Shown here piece by piece: positions 58,839 through 64,000 of a stretch of DNA of 64,000 nucleotides. Origin of the DNA: Bilabrum cf. latius. Its lineage: Eukaryota. Positions within the stretch are counted from its first letter, which is position 1. The number at the start of each line of letters is the position of its first letter. Location of the stretch: NCBI GenBank assembly GCA_965178125.1, contig OZ237769.1:124001-188000 (forward strand), written 5' to 3'. Under the pieces are notes generated by a model, which was not told the origin of the DNA, ran no database searches, and saw nothing but the letters and a program-made list of their open reading frames with translations. Made by a program: the position numbers and the translations under genes.

Positions 58839-61800
58839 GAACTGCTCCCGCACCGACAGCAGCGCCGCGCACTCCTCCCGCAGCCTGTCCACCGCCCGCT
58901 CCCTCAGCAGCCACTCCCTACGGGCCACCCCATCCCACACGCATGCCTCCCCGCGAGAGGCCTCCGGACCGCCCCCCGACACCACTCGAGGCACCGGCGC
59001 GCGCCCCACCACTCCGAACGAAACAGACCCCCGGCTGTCACGCGCACATGCCACCAGCTGACGCATCACGAACGACTCCGCTGAGTCCCCCGAGTCGGCA
59101 GCGCCCACCGACCGAACGACCGGGTCGTCCGCCCCCGCCCCCGATGCAGCCCCTCCAGCCCCCCCACCTTTCCCACCACTCCCGCCACTGCTACTGGCAC
59201 GGCCGCTGCCCCCGCTTGCCGCACACGCCCTCAGCCCCGCCTCCCCCCCTGGCCCGAACAGCATGGCCCTCAGCGCCATGATCGCACGGCCAGGCTCCAG
59301 CCGAAGCTCAGGGATGGGCTGCTGCAGGCCGCGGAGCACCGCCTCCAGCCACGGACCCGCTTGTTCCCTGGCGCTCGGTAGCTTGGCGGGGTCGTACAGC
59401 CCCCCGCAGTTTGGAAGCACCGCCGTCGGGTCCAACAGCTGCCACACCACCCGCCCCGCCGCCCACGCGTCCGCCGACTCGTACGCCTGAGCCAGCCTCT
59501 CCAGCTCCTCCCCCTCCGAATCAGTAGTCAGCTCGCCCCGCTGCATGAGAGTCAGCTCAGGCGCCCTCGTCACACCCGCCCCGTGCTCCCCCAAGTCCTC
59601 CGTCGAGAAGGCCACGTGCACCGACCCGGCCCCCGCACCCTCGAACACAGGGGCACCGGAAGCAGCAGCAGCAGCAGCAGTGGATGCAGTCCCAACGCTC
59701 GCCCGGCCTGAGCGCCCCCGCAGCACTGCCAGCAGATCTCCGCTGCCTCTCCCACTGCCGCTGCCACTGCCCGGGCCTGCTGCTTCACTTTCTCCGCCCC
59801 CGCTGCTGCTGCCAGCCGCCCCCGTGCCCTGCGACACATCCTCTGCCATCCGGCGCCTGTTGGCCTGGAACTCGCGGTCCAGCTCAGACGCCACCCCGCG
59901 CTTGAACAGCAGCCGCCCGCTCCCGAAGTCACCCAGCACGATCCGCCCGTCCTCTGCAAGGAACAAGTTATCATCCTTCACGTCCCGATGCACCGCCCCC
60001 CTTCGCAGCATGTGCTGCGTGGCCTCCAGCGCGCCCAGCAGCCACAGCGCCGCCTCCCGCCGACCCGTGCACGCCTTCGTCTTCACGGCGGAATGGAGAC
60101 TCGTGGGGTACCGCGGCATGACGATCCACGTGGTGCGCCGGGCCACCACGCCCAGGTCCATCAAGCCCCGACCCACCCAGGGAACTGTCAGAGCCGCAGA
60201 CCCGAAGAACGAGTGCAGCACCGGCACGATGTGCGGACATGCCGTCCCCAGCACCCGAGGCACCCTCCACTCTTCCCTGTGCTTCTGGATGACGTCCTTG
60301 GACTAGTACCGCGATGCGTCGGCGAACGGCAGCATCCCCTTCACCGCCAGCTCCCTTCCCTCCGTGGTCCGCACCGCAAACACGAATCCGTTCACCCCCT
60401 GTCCATCCCCCTCTTTGCCTCGTGGCAGGTTCAGCGGGGGGATGCGTCCCCGTTCTTCCTCGGGCGCGCCCTCTGCACCCGTGGCGATCCTCTTCACCGC
60501 ACCCACCTCCACCACCCGCGCCCCGCCGGCAGCCAGCACCTCCAGCTCCTCCGGACCCGGCACGCTCCCCAGATCGATCGTGGTGACACCGCCTGCAGCC
60601 AGGTACTGCAGGCGACCATCCGCATGCCGCATCCAGTCACTGTCTGCTAGCAGCGACGCAGGCAGCATCATTGACGACAATGACGACGACTCGGACGGCC
60701 CCTGACCCAGTCTCCGCAGTCGAGTCGCCGCGATTGCACTGACCCCCGCGGCCCCTCCCCATGCCTCAAGCAGGGCCCGAGCAGGACCAAACCACCCAGC
60801 CATCGCAGAGACCGACAGCATCGCGCCGGGGTCGGAAGGGGCAGGGGCTCCCATGGCCAGCAGCGCACGCACCGTGCCCAGCGAGGCAGCGCCCAGCATG
60901 TCCTCGCCCAGCGCCCTCACCAGCGGAGACATCGTGGCATCCAGGCCAGCGATCGCACCCCGCACCCCCTCGTCCTCCACCAGCGCCGCCAGCGCATCGC
61001 CCGCCTCCTTCACGCGGAAGTCCAGCGCCAGCCGACCCAGCCACCGAGGCGCCCCCGCCCGCACCAGCACCCGCCGAGCATCCCCCGAGGCCTTCCTGGC
61101 GATGGCCCCCACCCACGCGCACGAGGCAGCCGCCGCCTCGGTTCGATCTGATCCGTCGCCCCCGACCACACTGGCGCGCTGCATTGCCCGCACGGCCATC
61201 GTGACCAGCTCCCTGTCCTCTGGATCGTCCGACTCACCGAGCCCCAGTGCCACCGCGGCACGGCATGCTCCTGGGCCCGGAGCTGCAGCCCTGAGGTGCC
61301 ACCGGACCGAGTCGATGACACCCTCCGCCGGGATTGCGATGTCCATGGCTTCCTGGTCCGTGTCAGTGGCAGCGATGCAGTCTGCCAGGGCCTCGCACGC
61401 AGCATCCGCGGCCGCGAAATCGTGTGGGGATGCGTCAGCCAGAACCTCGAGACTCGCACGGACCGAGCCTCTGCAGACGGTGCGGATCGCATCGAGAGCA
61501 TCTTCTGCAGTGCTTGCGGTTGCAGCCTCCCTCCGTCGCTGCATGATATGCTGTAATGTGGGTTTGGTCTATGAAGACGGCACAGGCTCGCAGCGTCCCT
61601 CGAGTGCTTGCCGCACCTTCTCCCGCCATACCTCAACCACCTTGGTGCTTTCGAGATTCAGCTCCCGAAGCGCCCCGTTGGTCTTGAGCGCCTCCGCCAG
61701 GCCGCACGCCCCCTCGTCCCCCACCTGGGTGCTACCGAGATGCAGCACCCGAAGCGCCCCGTTGGTCTTGAGCGCCTCCGCCAGGCCGCACGCCCCCTCG

Positions 61801-63308
61801 TCCCCTACCTTGGTGCCATTGAGAAACAGTACCCGAAGCGTCCCGTTGGTCTTGAACGCCTCCGCCAGGCCGCACGCCACATCGTCCCCTACCTTGGTGC
61901 CATTGAGAAACAGTACCCGAAGCGCCCCGTTGGTCTTGAGCGCCTCCGCCAGGCCGCACGCCCCCTCGTCCCCCACCTTGGAGTCACCGAGATGCATCTC
62001 CCGAAGCGCCCCGTTGGTCTTGAGCGCCTCCGCCAGGCCGCACGCCCCCTCGTCCCCTACCTTGGTGCCATTGAGAAACAGTACCCGAAGCGCCCCGTTG
62101 GTCTTGAGCGCCTCCGCCAGGTCGCACGCCCCCTCGTCCCCCACCTGGGTGCTACCGAGATGCATCTCCCGAAGCGCCCCGTTGGTCTTGAGCGCCTCCG
62201 CCAGGCCGCACGCCCCATTGTCCCCCACCTGGGTGCCATTGAGATCCAGCACCCGAAGCGTCCCGTTGGTCTTGAGTGCCTCCGCCAGGCCGCACGCGCC
62301 TTCGTCCCCCACCTGGGTGCGACCGAGATCCAGCTCCCGAAGCGCCCCGTTGGTCTTGAGCGCCTCCGCCAGGCCGCACGCCCCATTGTCCCCCACATTA
62401 GTGCCATTGAGAAACAGTACCCGAAGCGTCCCGTTGGTCTTGAGCGCCTCCGCCAGGTCGCACGCCCCCTCGTCCCCCACCTTGGAGTCACCGAAATGCA
62501 TCTCCCGAAGCGCCCCGTTGGTCTTGAGCGCCTCCGCCAGGCCGCACGCCCCCTCGTCCCCCACCTGGGTGCCATTGAGATCCAGCACCCGAAGCGTCCC
62601 GTTGGTCTTGAGCGCCTCCGCCAGGCCGCACGCCCCCTCGTCCCCCACAATGGTACCACTGAGATCCAGCTCCCGAAGCGCCCCGTTGGTCTTGAGCGCC
62701 TCCGCCAGGCCGCACGCCCCATTGTCCCCCACATTAGTGCCATTGAGAAACAGTACCCGAAGCGTCCCGTTGGTCTTGAGCGCCTCCGCCAGGTCGCACG
62801 CCACATCGTCCCCCACATTGGTGTAATACAGATGCAGCTGCCGAAGCGCCCCGTTGGTCTTGAGCGCCTCCGCCAGGCCGCACGCACCCTCGTCCCCCAC
62901 CTGGGTGCCAAAGAGAGTCAGCACCCGAAGCGCCCCGTTGGTCTTGAGCGCCTCCGCCAGACCGCACGCCCCCTCGTCACCCACCGTGGTGTAATTGAGA
63001 CTCAGCTTCCGAAGCGCCCTGTTGGTCTTGAGCGCCTCCGCCAAAGCTAATACGCCCCGATCACTAACGGATCCAGAGCAAGACAGTGTAGCGCAAGTCG
63101 TGTTGTCGGCAAGCAACTCTGCCACAGCTATGGCTTTATCATCGGATACAATGTTCACTTCATTTGTCCCGCTCAGAAGATGGTGGCAAGCCTGCAGAAG
63201 TGCAGAGGGCGGTGAACGGCATAGGATGGAGCCACTCAATGGACGCAGCGGATGCGTTCGGTTGGTACACCCATGACTCACATTTTGGTCTCGCCCCCTT
63301 CCCGACAT
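58824..63308 (-). CDS. LRR (RNI/NLRC3-type 28-aa repeats), helical region and PINK1-like Ser/Thr kinase fusion, ~1,490 aa
   Basis: ORFs 61569..63308, 60303..61544 and 58824..60263 are co-frame and joined across TAG (61569, 60303); kinase motifs GQGVNGFV, LAVK, PHIVPVLHSF, WIVMPRYPTSL, HRDVKDDNL, DFG, APE, ADAWAAG; TGA at 58824. Confidence 0.85.
61655..63045. repeat. 84-bp coding tandem repeat array (16 full units plus 1 partial) encoding LRRs
   Basis: Constant cgaagcgccccgttggtcttgagcgcctccgccaggccgcacgcccc.tcgtccccca plus a variable ~30-bp segment; translation EALKTNGALRxLxLxxTxVGDEGACGLA. Confidence 0.97.
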
Positions 63309-64000
63309 GTAGCTAATGATACAGAAACGGGTAGTCGAATGGTGCTGCAGAATCTGATCGTAGGCATATGCAGTTTAAAGTAGCGAACGAACGAACGAAC
63401 GAATCTTGATTTTCGAGCAATCATCACACTCAGAATGATCCTAACACCTAACAAATATCAGATGATGAAACCATTCCTTTGGCCATGCCCACCCAGAAGG
63501 CAAAAACAAAAGAAAATCCTTTGTAGCCCGTGTGCGCGATCCGGGGATCCGGAGTCCGGATGGAAGCTTCGAGTGGCCGAACACAGCTGCACTGCACTCC
63601 GGTTCCGCTAGTCGCCGCCACCTCATTCATCCCATTGCAGTCCCACACCCCTCTGCAATCCCACTTCCCCCTATCACTCTCTTCCCCATCTGCGTCTCCT
63701 TACTCGATCTGGCACAGAGGTTCCAGGTGTCTACAGCGCTAGTGGATTTGGGCGGGGGCCACGTGCTGGCGCAGTTCCGCTGCGCCCGCCGCCTAGTTCC
63801 GCACATGCTCCGCTCGTGGGGTAACCCCGCGGAGCCGCTCGGAACAAAGGTGCACGTAACCCCGCTGGGACCCCCCGGGGTCGCTTGCGCCCCCGGATAG
63901 CCCCATCGCCGCAGGCCCGACCTAGGGCGGCATCTGTAGCACTAGTAATACTCTGTACCTGAGCAGGTGACACCTTCTGGATCCTCCTCCATCCGCCGCA

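Noticed and set aside
61655-63045. Repeat-plus-variable-segment array resembling CRISPR
   Set aside because: The period is exactly 84 bp, the frame is open and encodes LRRs, the variable segments are homologous to each other, and there are no cas genes.
60853-63050. Long plus-strand ORFs (657 aa and 480 aa) and similar antisense ORFs such as 17708..19225
   Set aside because: Shadow ORFs of GC-rich or repetitive minus-strand genes with no protein-like motifs.
648-63308. Mass pseudogenisation, or sequencing error, as the cause of the broken ORFs
   Set aside because: Interruptions are almost exclusively TAG, without frameshifts over tens of kb; decay or error would also give TGA, TAA and indels.
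648-63308. Ciliate-type code (TAA and TAG both Gln), or pyrrolysine-type TAG use
   Set aside because: TAA is essentially absent internally although CAA is used, and it ends two genes; TAG is far too frequent and aligns with Gln, unlike Pyl.
63620-64000. Possible 3' end of another minus-strand gene
   Set aside because: All three minus frames stay open for ~100 codons when TAG is sense and none shows a recognisable motif; the frame cannot be chosen from this window.

Overview
GC-rich, gene-dense, almost intron-free eukaryotic (protist-like) nuclear DNA; no rRNA, tRNA, CRISPR array or transposase was recognised. The main result is a non-standard genetic code. The fragments in the ORF track fall into long same-frame runs that, everywhere I read them by hand, are broken only by TAG (one in-frame TAA is the exception), while gene ends are TGA or TAA. 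TAG aligns with CAG/CAA between paralogs and between repeat units, so UAG very probably encodes Gln while UAA and UGA remain stops. Read this way the window holds about 13 genes: the 3' end of a receiver-domain gene, a ~3,890-aa hybrid histidine kinase, a GH33 sialidase, a hypothetical protein, SART1/Snu66, HisC, a DnaJ protein (one predicted intron), a ~5,830-aa REJ/GPS polycystin-1-like protein, a ~2,000-aa ankyrin-like protein, a secreted protein ending in a phage tail-collar domain, two tandem ankyrin-repeat paralogs, and an LRR plus PINK1-like kinase. All family calls are motif recognition by eye, not database searches; start codons are best guesses and the taxon is not established.
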